Shown: piece after piece, positions 22,836 through 34,659 of the stretch
Numbering within the stretch: position 1 is the stretch's first letter
Layout: each line of letters opens with the position of its first letter
Assembly: GCA_900617105.1 (NCBI GenBank)
Contig: UYFQ01000114.1
Coordinates: 1 to 53,786 of the forward strand
Direction: 5' to 3'
Source of the DNA: Hydrurus foetidus
Lineage: Eukaryota
Length of the DNA: 53,786 bases
Notes under the pieces: model-generated
What the model saw: only the letters and a program-made list of their open reading frames with translations
Databases searched by the model: none
What the model was told of the DNA's origin: nothing
Translations under genes and position numbers: made by a program

Positions 22836-25745
22836 ATGCCTGATAAAGCACCGAAGATGGTGTTGTTAAATGCTTCGTTCATGACGAATTTAATGAGACG
22901 TATCTTATTCTGGAGTCTTGGTACTCATGTTTCAGCCATCATTCTGGCAATTGCGTTGACGTTGATGCTAACGGGTGATTTTTCAAGGGCTGTTGCGAAC
23001 GTGTTCTATGTCTTTGTGCTCATTACCGTTCTTCAAGTCGTTACTTCATCATTTACTCTGCAGTGGAATTTTTTTTTGGATTCCAAAAGGACAAATATGC
23101 CATTTTCTGCTCTTTTTTGGGGTATCATTATTGGATTTACTTCTCATTGTTTACTCAAATACAGCGGGGCTGCCCTCATAATCGCAAGTCAGCAATCTGA
23201 CTTTGAGCTGTCGTTATCAGTTTGCTGCTCTGCAGTTTCCATATTCGCTTTCCTTGTTGACCTTGATAGAAATGGAGGTCCAGATTTCACACTGCCAACA
23301 TTGAGTCCGAAAGTGCTACATTCTTTGCGCCTATTCGCACTTTTGCATGCAATCAATTGGCTGAAAACATCTTCATTCATCGGCATTTCGGTTGCGTTAT
23401 CTGTTCAACTTTTTTATTCTTTTTCAGCGGACAAAACCTGCAAGCTTAGCGGCTTTTTCTGCGACTATCAAATAAAATCGGGGATTCTCTCAATATCTTC
23501 AATCTGTTACTCCGTCGCGGCATCGCTATTTCTCCGATGCTTCCTAGAAATCGCTCACTCTTTTCTGATAGTGATGCTCACTTACCCAATGGATTTCACG
23601 AAGTTAGATACATCAGCTCAATCCAGTTATTCAAAAACTAATGGGGAGAACACTTTTCTGTCAGAGGCATTAGCTATAGGAGGGGCCAAGCTGGGGGGTG
23701 AGGGATTCTCGTGGCAGCAGTACCGACCAACTGCTGATGGAGGCGGTGCCAAAGTGGACTGCTTATCAACACCTTCTACATCTACTGCTAGACGACCTTT
23801 CAGTTACATAGAAATATCAGGAGGTCAAGCAAGAGCAACATCATCTTGGCAGGAAGCAGTGAACAGACAGAAAGCTTTCGTCGAAGAGCTTCAGGCATCT
23901 GTGAAGCCTAGTTTATACGGTCCCCCCCTGGTCCCCTTTTTAAGCAGCAGAAATACGGACATCGCCCGACACGGTGTTCTTTGCCGCTCACTAGCGTTTC
24001 AAGATCTCAAAAGATTAAGTACTTCAATAGACAAAATTAAAAGCCTTTTTAGAAACAACGGGAAATGGCCAGAAATCGTGTTCTCGTGCTGCGGTATGAT
24101 AGATGCTGTCACAGTCCAGGTACTGCATTTCACTGTACATTGCGATACTTTATTTGTAGACTGCTAGTGCTATCACCTCTGTACTTGTAAACCGTACGGG
24201 TGTCCGACAAGCACGTCTGATTAACTTTAACCGACTATTCCTCTAGCTTTTGAATCACTAGAAACCTACCGGACTACTTATTGGTTAACACTCAAGAACT
24301 AATCGCCACTCATTGCAACCTCCATTAACTCCGAATGGACACCAACTCCTGTCCCACCAGATCCAATTATTGGTGTCGTATGCGGTGCACGAAGTCATTG
24401 AGCCTCAACTAGCAGAGGTCGTATGCCACGCACACCGCACAGCATCCCTAGTCGCAAAGTCGTCTCATCAAAGTCGACCAGTGGGCCTAATAGACAGCTT
24501 AGTAACTAACGGTACGTTCATAGCACCGTAGAGGATGTGCGGTGTACGCAATCATCATGGATTCAGTTGTTCTTATTTCATTATCCATCCATGTTATCTT
24601 TTCTCCAATCCGTCAGGATATGCGGTTGCGAGTGAGTGGAACGGAAGCACACAGCCAGCTGCAGCAGCAGTCGTCAAGGTGAGTCTCCAACGAATTGGTA
24701 GAATCCTTCTGTAGCTTGTGATAAAGCACGTTTTCATCCGGTCACTCCTTCGCTCCCACCCACCGAATCCATTCACAGCAAACATTCGTTGTCACTATTC
24801 TCACTTACATCCGTATGCGCCCTCTCAGTTCATCACTATGACGGAATATTCTCCCTCACTACCCTCATTCTATTTCATTATTCTTCCTCATTCTGTTGTT
24901 CTCACTCCCCACCCTCCTCCATTACGTGCCTGGCACCTTTAGATGGGTAAGGAATTGAGGCAGAAGAGTCTCTTGGGTAGGATGTATTCAGCGGTGACAG
25001 CGAGTAAGATGCTCTCAGCTGTCGTCCCTGTAGCTATCACTCAGGCCATAAAGGTGCGTCTTGCTAGGACGGATGTAACACACTCTAATCTACTTGCAGT
25101 ACTCCTGTCGTCTGTACTGTATTGTACTGTGCGTGTCTATTCGTCAAATCAAAGGTGCATGTGAGTATGGTCACACTCTTCCCAAAATGTCTCATTCAAC
25201 AATGCCTACGCACTTGAGACTTACATTGGCCTAGCTCACTCGACGAAATATTGTGCCTCGTTCCATTTTAGGGTGTGGCTAACGTGGACCCAGACCCGAT
25301 TCCACCGATACTCGCCCAGACGGCAGTGCACGCAATAGAGGCGTCATCCCTGCTGCTTGTCTCCGCCCTCTCCACCGACCCCACCGGCACTGCGCAACAC
25401 CACCTCATCGCAGTGATGCACTCCCTGCTCGCCCTGGACCTGGCTCTTAGCAGCCACAGGGACATCTTGAGGAGCTGTCTCCCCTCCTCTAAGGGCACCG
25501 TCACGGCGGCATACCTCATATCAGGCGGCAGTGTGGACGGCCACAGCATTGTGAGAGGAAGTAGCGGTGGAAGAGGGACTACTTCAGATGAGAGCAGAAG
25601 GGGCATATCGGTGTCTTCTAGCCTGTCAGAAGTAGCAGGAGCAGCAGACGCAGCCATTACGAGACTCATTCACGCATATCGGGATATTTTAGATGCATAC
25701 GTATTTCCGAAAGCGTATGCAGACATACTCAAGTCAAAAAAATAG
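22836..25745 (+). CDS. NDC1: Transmembrane nucleoporin NDC1-like, multi-exon
   Basis: About six N-terminal hydrophobic segments; LAFQDL...W motif; C-terminal AIEASSLLLVSALSTDPTGTAQHHL...LL and AITRLIHAY match the NDC1 pattern (ASxxEDxxGxVQ...AIYRI). Confidence 0.75.
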
Positions 25746-25981
25746 TTTAATCCCTTATGTGATCTTTGCGCTTTGGTGTAACATCTAAGCACCTTGACTG
25801 ATCGTTTATTGATGAGTGCCATCGAACGCCTGTAAGCGAATGTTTGCCCTAGGCGTCCTGGAAAGACGTCAATAAAGCGATGTAGGCGGGGGTGGGGTGC
25901 CTACTTTGCAGTGCGGAAACCAAGTATGTGACAAAAACATGGATAGTGACAGTATTGACGATAATCATAACAACGACAGTA

Positions 25982-28278
25982 TTATGAGAAGACATTTAAA
26001 TGTTCGCTGAGGGATTTAGGACGCATCCTAGGTGTCTCCGTCAGCACGGATGGAGAATCTCTGTCTGTTGTGTATCTCCCAGACAGAGAAGTGTTAGACT
26101 GAGAGGTGCACTGCCGACTACTGTGACCTCTGGGTGAGTAGCGATGATGCTGCACTTCATGTCTCTGCTGCTGCTGCTGCTGTTGTTGTTGTTGTTGCTG
26201 CTGTTGCTGTTGTTGCTGTTGCTGCTGTTGTGAGAGGGACATTGACTGGGGCTGGGGCCTATAGGATGAGGAACCCTCTCTACGCCTATTAGACACGTCA
26301 CTGGAGCCGTGAGTGGCAATGTCCGTAGCATTGATACCTTGACTCTGCAGTCTTCTCTGTATTCCCGCTGTGTCACTCTTGGAGACTCCTAAGTCGTTCT
26401 GCACCTCTTCCACAGTCTGTCTTCCATCAGCAAGCGTAACGAGCACCCTCCTATTAGAGGAGTTAGCACAAGCTCCCTCCCCTCCGCTTATGTGCCACGC
26501 ATTGCGTATCATTAATTCGAAGTAGTTGTCGTCATCTATTGCTGCGCTCATGTTTGCGTAGTAGCTCTCGAAGTCTTTCTCTGCCAAGTGGCCGCTTCTC
26601 TTTCCCCTGGGTCCCTCAAAATTTGACAAAAATTCCTCGAGAAGCTGATCGGCTGTCTTCTTTCCAGTGATGAAGTCAGGGTGGCGGGTTACGTTATACA
26701 CCCCCCTAATGTCGTCCAAGTCAACCGCACCTAATGGAAAGACATTTATATATTTTGCAGAAACGCGAGTGAGAAGATGAGGTGCGCCCTATTCGTCTGA
26801 ACTTGATACATTCTCCAGGAGGTCAGCAGAGGAAAAGAGAATGTAGGTTTGACGGACGTGAAGCTTCATCTTATCTGGGCATTGAATACGGGTATCGAAC
26901 ATGAATGCAATAGGAAAATAAACGGGGAGCCCCTTTACATGACAGAACAGAACAGAATACCAAACACAACACAACACAACACAAGATACATGAAGAGCTA
27001 GTTTGTTTGCTCAGGCTACCAGATCTGTCTTTGTCCATTACATTGAAGGCGATGTCAACCATTGCTTTCCTCCTAGTGCTCAGCTGCCCTCTCACCCCCA
27101 CCAAGAACTCGTCGTAACTCACGGATCCTGCACCGTGTTGGCATGAAGTGATGCAAATATGATGGAAGTGTGCTGCGCTGCAAGAGATGTAGATTTCAGG
27201 TGGGTGTGTCGTGAGGTGTGATGATGAACACTACAGTACCTGAATCGTCCGAATCAAAATATCGGAAAAGGTGCTCAACCGCTCTCTTGCTCAGATCAGC
27301 AGCTTCGCACTCTCTCATCGCTTTGCTGAATTCTGAGAGGTCTAAACTCCCAGAATTGTTGTCGTCTAATATCCGGAACTTTCTTGCAAGACCGAGAACA
27401 CCATTGGCACCTTGATCGGTTAACGAAGTTATTAGTTAAATTTCGTTTAAGATTTTGATTGACAGTTCGAAATGCGCGATAAGGCGCGATGCAATAATGA
27501 GCTGATAAAAGTTTACCGTGTCGCTTTAGTTGCATCCTCAGATTGTCTAGGATGGGATCTCCTGATGACTCAGTAGCTGCCTCTTGGACTTTCGGAACGG
27601 GCCAGAACCCTGTTCTAGGAGCTTCAAATTGCACTTTCATAGGAGCAAGACCAGGCGGTGTAGCTCCTAAGAAGCACAGAGGAGGCTACGATTAACATTA
27701 CGGGCAACAATCAACAGCTTCAACCCATCTGCCGCTTCGATGTGAACAGTACCATGCTGCCAAGGGGCGAGAGTCTTCGCACTGCAACCAGGGATACTCC
27801 GTTTCGATGATTTGCTGAACTCCGTTGGATCATTTTCTTTCGTTTGGTACGGTGTTTCCAGTCTATAATTAGCTATCTGCTGCTTCCTCTGCAATGTCAC
27901 AGTTTCGGGTTGCCATAGCGGCTGGTACTTATAATTCGAAATAGCATGGAGTTTTCTATTCAATTCAGCTTCCTCATCGACAGCAGCTTCAACCCACGGT
28001 GCCGTCAATTCGTAGTTTAACCTATCTACGTGTCGTTCGAATCGCATGACACCGTCTATTGGTTCCTGATCCCATGGATTAGAGAAGCTGTACTCGGACG
28101 CTCGACGTTTACTCTCTGTGTGCTGCATCTGCTCAAGCGCAGTTCTGCTACTGCCATGCTCCCAGACGGCAGCTACACTTTGATTTTCCCTTATCGCACC
28201 CTTGAGATTTCTATGTGCAGAGCACTGATCATAACCTGACTCCTGTGAGAATTGTTTCCTGCTCCTGCCTGCTCTCAT
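25982..28278 (-). CDS. Calcyphosin-like EF-hand protein, multi-exon, polyQ tail
   Basis: GLARKFRILDDNNSGSLD, FDSDDSG and AFNVMDKDRSG EF-hands; HPDFITGKKT...FLSNFE...YYANMSAAIDDDNYFELMIRNAW calcyphosin signature; start codon and 5' exon less certain. Confidence 0.88.
26165..26230 (-). repeat. CAG/CAA trinucleotide repeat encoding Q22
   Basis: 22 CTG/TTG triplets on the plus strand, within the last calcyphosin-like exon. Confidence 0.95.
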
Positions 28279-28606
28279 CTCGAAGCCTACTTGTTTTCAA
28301 CAAAGGTTCCGAAATAGTTTTTTCTCACATGCAACATTACAGAATTCTCACATGGCATTTCAAATCTGCACGATGTTTCTAGCGGGTAGAGTTATGGCAT
28401 TTGGCAGCTGCTGTTCATCACTCTCGATTTTAGAAGAAGTGGTAAGGTGAGAGACATTCCATGAGACACACGACACACGTCGGTCCGTCGGTCCGTCGAT
28501 CCAACATTCAACAGCGAAACGTCTGGATTTTTGATTTTTTTACTTTTTACTTTTTACTCTCGTGTCGCATACAAGGCCGTTCCTTATGCCGTTCCTTACA
28601 GCGAAA

Positions 28607-28790
28607 CTATACGAAAATTTTCGCACGAAAAGCGACCGAAAAACCGGCTGAAAAGCGACCGAAAATGAAAACCTCGGTTTTCGGACGGTCGCTTTTCCGT
28701 TCGCTGCACCCAAATCGTGGCGCACAAAAGCAAAACCGGGACAAAACCGCGCTTTTCAAAAACCGGCCTTGTGCGAAAATTTTCGTGTAG
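28607..28790. mobile_element. MITE-like element with 20-bp terminal inverted repeats
   Basis: CTATACGAAAATTTTCGCAC ... GTGCGAAAATTTTCGTGTAG (19/20); internal AAAAGCGACCG and AAAACCG motifs; right flank altered by later insertions, so no TSD is readable. Confidence 0.65.
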
Positions 28791-28791
28791 G

Positions 28792-30197
28792 TTCTATTCC
28801 TCTGTATTCTCGCCGCTATCCGGCCATAAGATACCTTACCTCCTGGTTAAGGGGTTAGCCTTTAAAGAACCCTTAAACCGGATAGGTACTCGTGATAATG
28901 GGCTACTAATTAATTCTTGTGAATTGCCCTACAAGTGGCGTCACTCGCGCGCCTACTATTGTCCACCCACCCTATCCGCGTAGCCGCTGACTCAGTCGGC
29001 TGCGCTGGAATAGGATGGACCGTGGACCCAGATAAGCCCTTCACCGGCTGGCGCGCGTGCGGTCAGACAAAACACATTTACACAAAATCTATGATAGGAA
29101 TGGTTGGCTACGGGGTAAATAAAGTTGCTACGCTGCTGCAATGACCAGCAAGCAGGTGCAGTGGATCAAACGCTGCGGTCAATTCGTGACCGCAGCGTTT
29201 CAAAAGATGTGATGCATGCATGTGAGATAGCTATGCAACGAGACTTGCGTCTCTCGATCATAAATCATGTGGATGGAAGACTATACGGTATACGGGACTG
29301 CCCGGTCGCTTGGAATTCCGATCCAGAGAACCTATCCTACCCTCCGCAAGCTCCGGTTATCCTCTAATTCTATTCCTCTGTATTCTCGCCGCTATCCGGC
29401 CATAAGATACCTTACCTCCTGGTTAAGGGGTTAGCCTTTAAAGAACCCTTAAACCGGATAGGTACTCGTGATAATGGGCTACTAATTAATTCTTGTGAAT
29501 TGCCCTACAAGTGGCGTCACTCGCGCGCCTACTATTGTCCACCCACCCTATCCGCGTAGCCGCTGACTCAGTCGGCTGCGCTGGAATAGGATGGACCGTG
29601 GACCCAGATAAGCCCTTCACCGGCTGGCGCGCGTGCGGTCAGACAAAACACATTTACACAAAATCTATAATAGGAATGGTTGGCTACGGGGTAAATAAAG
29701 TTGCTACGCTGCTGCAATGACCAGCAAGCAGGTGCAGTGGATCAAACGCTGCGGTCAAGTCGTGACCGCAGCGTTTCAAAAGATGTGATGCATGCATGTG
29801 AGATAGCTATGCAACGAGACTTGCGTCTCTCAATTATAAATCATGTGGATGGAAGACTATACGGTATACGGGACTGCCCGGTCGCTTGGAATTCCGATCC
29901 AGAGAACCTATCCTACCCTCCGCAAGCTCCGGTTATCCTCTAATTCTATTCCTCTGTATTCTCGCCGCTATCCGGCCATAAGATACCTTACCTCCCGGTT
30001 AAGGGGTTAGCCTTTAAAGAACCCTTAAACCGGATAGGTACTCGTGATAATGGGCTACTAATTAATTCTTGTGAATTGCCCTACAAGTGGCGTCACTCGC
30101 GCGCCTACTATTGTCCACCCACCCTATCCGCGTAGCCGCTGACTCAGTCGGCTGCGCTGGAATAGGATGGACCGTGGACCCAGATAAGCCCTTCACC
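28792..30197. repeat. Tandem array of 576-bp units (~2.4 copies)
   Basis: Units start at 28792, 29368 and 29944 with only a few substitutions. Confidence 0.97.
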
Positions 30198-30489
30198 CAC
30201 CACAACCTAGGGCGCTGCTGGTTGTCTTGTACAGTGGTCTCCGCTGCACATGTGACTTCTCGCTATCATGCTCAGGTCATTAAGTCATGATACCCCGCCG
30301 CGAAACACCCTCTGCCCTGCAGTTGTCCTCGGTGGCGCCCACTCTGTACGGAAGTCAAATCTTCTATCCTGAGGTCGCGCTCTGTCCGATTCAAGCGGCT
30401 AGCTCGAACCCAAGCGGCTACTCCAACGTTTGTCACGCACTAGCACTTGTTGAAGGCTTGCGCTGGGCAGCCACTGCGCCACGCTATGC

Positions 30490-30620
30490 TGCGCTTCACT
30501 GTGCCGCACTGTACTGTGCTGCACTACACTGTGGTGCACTACACTGTACTGTACTGTGCTGCACTCCACTACACTGTACTACACTACACTATACTGTGCC
30601 GCACTGTACTGCACTGTACA
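30490..30620. repeat. Degenerate pentamer microsatellite (CACTG/TACTG/CACTA)
   Basis: 5-bp periodicity, e.g. gcactgtactgtgctgcactacact. Confidence 0.85.
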
Positions 30621-33560
30621 GCATCCCCTGCCCCGCCTTCTCCAATCAGCCAAAATGCTCGTCCCCTTCCCGGTCCAGTACGCCCCCCATAGACACATCG
30701 GGTCTCTCTACTTCCCTAGCTTATTCGTTTCGTTTTTAAAATACGCTTACACCGTTGATAACGAGAAAGATATTGCAGTTTATCCTCTATGTTGTGCTGC
30801 TGCTTGTAACTTATAAGCGGCACCGTAATAAGGGGGTCGCTAGACAGGGCAGACCGTAGGGTTCCGGCTGAACATGCCTCCGCATTGATTTTATCGCAGC
30901 ACGCAGTCAGCACCGGATAAGGACCAGACCTTGACAGAAAAGGTGATCTTCCGGTCGTACGTTGTCGCGTTGTGTATGAAAAGAAAGTCTTCCAGTGGAG
31001 GGGTTCCGGATGTCTCGTATCCCCAAGTGTTTGTGTACGTACGGGTCGTGAGTACGTGCCCCACACCACGCAGATATTGCAGAGCAACTGCCAGGTCTCT
31101 CTCGAATGCGTCAAACGCTGTAGGAGGAGTGCTATGTCCCTCCAGGGTCAAGTGGAAATATCCGGATAGCACAATAGATCCAGTCGTACGTACGAGCACA
31201 GATGGCTCTTAACCATCTTGCACGGTAAACACCTCTGCAGACGGCTGGCGCTGACACGGCTGGCGCTGACACCCCCGATACCTCTGCGCCCTCTGTCGCA
31301 CCTCGCACTAACCCAAGGTGCACCGTGCTGACCCTTCCGCCGGGATGGCCAGCCATCGCGCATTATTTCTGAAAGGTAGATGTTGGTGCGGGTAAGGTGA
31401 GTCGCCGCTCTCTTCTATGATTATAGTAAGGGCTTGCACTCGTGTGCGTGTGCCCTTACGAGGGCTATAGTCGCGTGGTATCCTGACAGATACAGTATAC
31501 CACGCGGATATAGCCCACACATATACAATGCACTGAGCTTTCTACCGTCCACATGACGGCAGGACTGCAACTCACTGTAGCAGTCGGGCCTTTTCTACGG
31601 CTACACACAGGTGCCGTAGACAGTGCAAGGTGCTACAACACAAGTACAATCAGAGGCTTGTCATATCAAGCTTGTCACAAGTGCATAGACTGCATTCATA
31701 CATTACAGGGCTGTTTCTTGTGCATGTGAAATCAGCCGTCACAGCGTGTACTGGGCCACACGACCACGACAGTACACACTCGACTCATTATCACACATGC
31801 ACAGACAGTCACACCCATAAATAACACACCAATCAACACTACGGGGCTGTTTCTTGCGCATGTGAAGATTGCCCAACCAGGACAGTCCGCTATCTTCGGC
31901 TCACTGGCCTCAGACGGTGTATACCAGTCTACCACAGACGGTATACACCAGACGCCACTTATCACACATGCGCAGACAGACACACCCATCAGTGCTATGT
32001 TGTACGCACTCGAATGATACTCATCATTCTTTGCTTACGCAGGGTGTGGATTCAACCTCGGTTAATCGGGTTGAATCCACAAAGCATCAACGCATACGTA
32101 CACCACCAACACTATGGTGCCGTAAGTTCATATCAGCTTATCACTACTATGATCGCCTGCGATTTATCTATAACAATACACTCTCACCTAGAGGACATTG
32201 TCCTGCCGCGCCGCTCGTTGTGTCGTTGCCTTCTTGACGGAAGGCACTGCGAAGGGTTCACGCTAGATAACCGCCGCACCCGCCGCTGCATCCTTTCTTC
32301 GCTAGGATCTTGGGACTATCTGTTAAGATAGTTTCATAACAGTGCTCGCTGCAGCAGTGTCTTCTAGACGGCTTGTACTAGATGGCAGCCGCACGGGTGG
32401 CTCACCGTGAAGAGCTGTGAGGTGTGTGGCTGCTCCACCTTGCGGCCCCCGCATATTGATCATGTTGGCCGCTTCCCAAACGCCGAATTAGATCGCGCGG
32501 TTGGGCCCCTCCTACGGATGGCGATGACGTGTAAGACCTGTTGTGTATCCTTTGCATTGTCCAGGACTTCTAAATGCCTACGTAGACGGTGCCGCTTTGG
32601 TACTTCAATTATCGATCTAACCCATCGCGTACAGCACGCCTACCACTGGCGAAAACACCCCCAAAACCTTTTCGCGTTCTGAAGTATAATAAAATCGTTC
32701 GGGCTTCACTGAACTTCGATCATGACTGATCACTTGCACCTTCAAATTCAATAGACGGAATGGTACTATTCAAAAGACGAAATAGTAACCTATATTTCGT
32801 CTCAAGTACATAAAAACATATAATATTCCGTGTTTTAAGTCAATTCACGTTGTTGTTTTTTCTTCTTTTTTCTCAAAGAGCACTTCTCCACATAGAGCAT
32901 TTGTATCATTTCATTTCCTTTTCTATAGTCAATATTTTGTTATTCATTTATCATCTTCTTGTTTCTTGCAAGAATTACCGTTTAACTGCTCTCATTCATT
33001 TATTCATTTTTGCTTTTAGTTTCATTCTTTGATTTTTGATTCGATCAAGAGCAACTACTGACACTCTTAGTCGGATGAGGTAGATAATCATCATTTTCTA
33101 CGTGTCTCGAATAATTTTCTAGGGAAAGACGGAATGATATCCTATATTTCGTATCCGGTACAGAAAATCACATAATATTCCGTATTATAAATCCATCCAC
33201 TTCTCTTTTCTTTTCTCTCAAAGAACTGTTTTAGAGTAGAAGAAGGAGAGGAGTAGTTTCTGTAACAGTTCAGTTACTTTCACTCAACTATTATTTATTT
33301 TTCATTCTCCTGCATTTTGCTTCATTTTCCCTTCATTTGCGGTCACCTGTGTGTTATTTGTTATTCTTTGATATTACTTCTCTATTTCTCATTTTCGATT
33401 TGATTAGAAGCAGATACTGATAGGCTGTGTCGCACTAGAAAGTTCCTGCGATTGTATCCACATCTTTATCTCCTCCTTTTTCTTTTACTTCGTTGTTGAT
33501 CAAAATCCAAATTGTAGCTTCTCAGTTGTATTTTCTCTGTGATGTTCCACAAGCTCATCT

Positions 33561-33631
33561 GGCCAAGTGGTGTAGCGGTGTCGTAACAAAATTAAGTGCT
33601 CAGAGTCGGGGGATGATCCCCTCAGCGGCCT
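33561..33631 (+). pseudogene. Degenerate tRNA-like sequence (tRNA pseudogene or SINE head)
   Basis: GGCC...GGCC acceptor ends, A-box TGGTGTAGCGG at position 8, GGGG/CCCC T-stem with an altered loop, followed by TTTT. Confidence 0.4.
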
Positions 33632-33690
33632 CTTTTACTTACAGCATATGAGTCGTGGAATAAGCTACACGCAACCCCCTAATGAGCCAC

Positions 33691-34182
33691 CTATACTCGT
33701 CGACAGTGCCGCCACATTGACGTCAAAAAGGAAATCTTAAGGTAGAGACGTGCCGGTCTGATTCCAGCTGATATCGGCGGTAGAATCCATTGCACGATTC
33801 TAACTCTAACAGCGGTGTCTCTATCCATTGCGAAGAGCTTATATCCCTTGCCTGTTCGCTCAGATCGATTGACAAAAAATGACCGCATAACTTGGACAGT
33901 GCTGATGCCCGGAAGAGATGTGTCGAACAGACTTAGTAGCCTTCTAAAGCGCATCCATTTTTCCTCCAAAGCTCTTTCACTGAACCTGGCATGCTGAACT
34001 ACGCCCTTTTGTGCGTCTCCTTCTGAAAGATCACTATGCCCGATAGCTAGCACATCCCACGCGCACAAGCGCAGCTCGCTCGCTGTCTCGACGCCCCCTC
34101 CATTCCTCGAGAAATTGAGAGAGCGAAGTATTTCTCCATCGACATTTTTAAAGTCGTTGGACAGTTCCAATTTCATATCCAT
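33691..34182 (-). CDS. Hypothetical ORF directly after repeat A of element F (possible truncated ORF1)
   Basis: 163-aa ATG-initiated ORF starting ~50 bp inside the element's 5' repeat boundary; no recognisable motif. Confidence 0.4.
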   Translation of the reverse strand: MDMKLELSNDFKNVDGEILRSLNFSRNGGGVETASELRLCAWDVLAIGHSDLSEGDAQKGVVQHARFSERALEEKWMRFRRLLSLFDTSLPGISTVQVMRSFFVNRSERTGKGYKLFAMDRDTAVRVRIVQWILPPISAGIRPARLYLKISFLTSMWRHCRRV

Positions 34183-34479
34183 CGCCTTGCCGTATAATTA
34201 TTAACTGTCCCAATGTCACGCCGTTGCAAAATAAAGTTGCTACGCTGCTGCAATGACCAGCAAGCAGGTGCAGTGGATCAAACGCTGCGGTCAAGTCGTG
34301 ACCGCAGCGTTTCAAAAGATGTGATGCATGCATGTGAGATAGCTATGCAACGAGACTTGCGTCTCTCAATTATAAATCATGTGGATGGAAGACTATACGG
34401 TATACGGGACTGCCCGGTCGCTTGGAATTCCGATCCAGAGAACCTATCCTACCCTCCGTAAGCTCCGATTATCCTCTAA

Positions 34480-34659
34480 TTTGCGCTGTCAACGGAAGTT
34501 TGCATCGGCGCATGAAAGTTTAAAGATGAGGTCTACAGTAATTCGGACGCCTAGGGAGTCAATCTACTACAGATACTGCGTGAGCATCTTCGAAGGAGTG
34601 CCTAGTCTGTTATCGACAGCGAAGCCCTAGCCAGTCCTGTTTGTTTTCTCTATTTTTAC
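34480..34659 (+). repeat. Split direct repeat A1 (180 bp)
   Basis: Near-identical to 46187-46366. Confidence 0.95.

Larger units (their letters stand above)
28792..34481 (-). mobile_element. Non-autonomous split-direct-repeat (YR-type, TOC1/PAT-like) element F
   Basis: Minus-strand layout A(34229-34481)-internal-B(29944-30197)-A(29693-29945)-B(29368-29621)-A-B; shared TT core at both ends and at the B/A junction; no TSD. Confidence 0.7.

Noticed and set aside
28935..29943. Repeated 69-aa and 80-aa ORFs
   Set aside because: Non-ATG starts within terminal repeats and no recognisable motif.
28792..30197. 576-bp array as a CRISPR-like array or hammerhead retrozyme
   Set aside because: Whole units are repeated with no unique spacers; no CTGANGA...GAAA core seen on either strand; explained by the split-direct-repeat layout.
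30395..30485. Minus-strand A-box (TGGCGCAGTGG) and B-box-like GGTTCGAGC
   Set aside because: The A-box overlaps the pentamer microsatellite edge, and the T-stem and acceptor stem do not pair convincingly.
30287..30816. Cys/His-rich ORFs (ALHC repeats)
   Set aside because: Translation artifacts of the 5-bp microsatellite.
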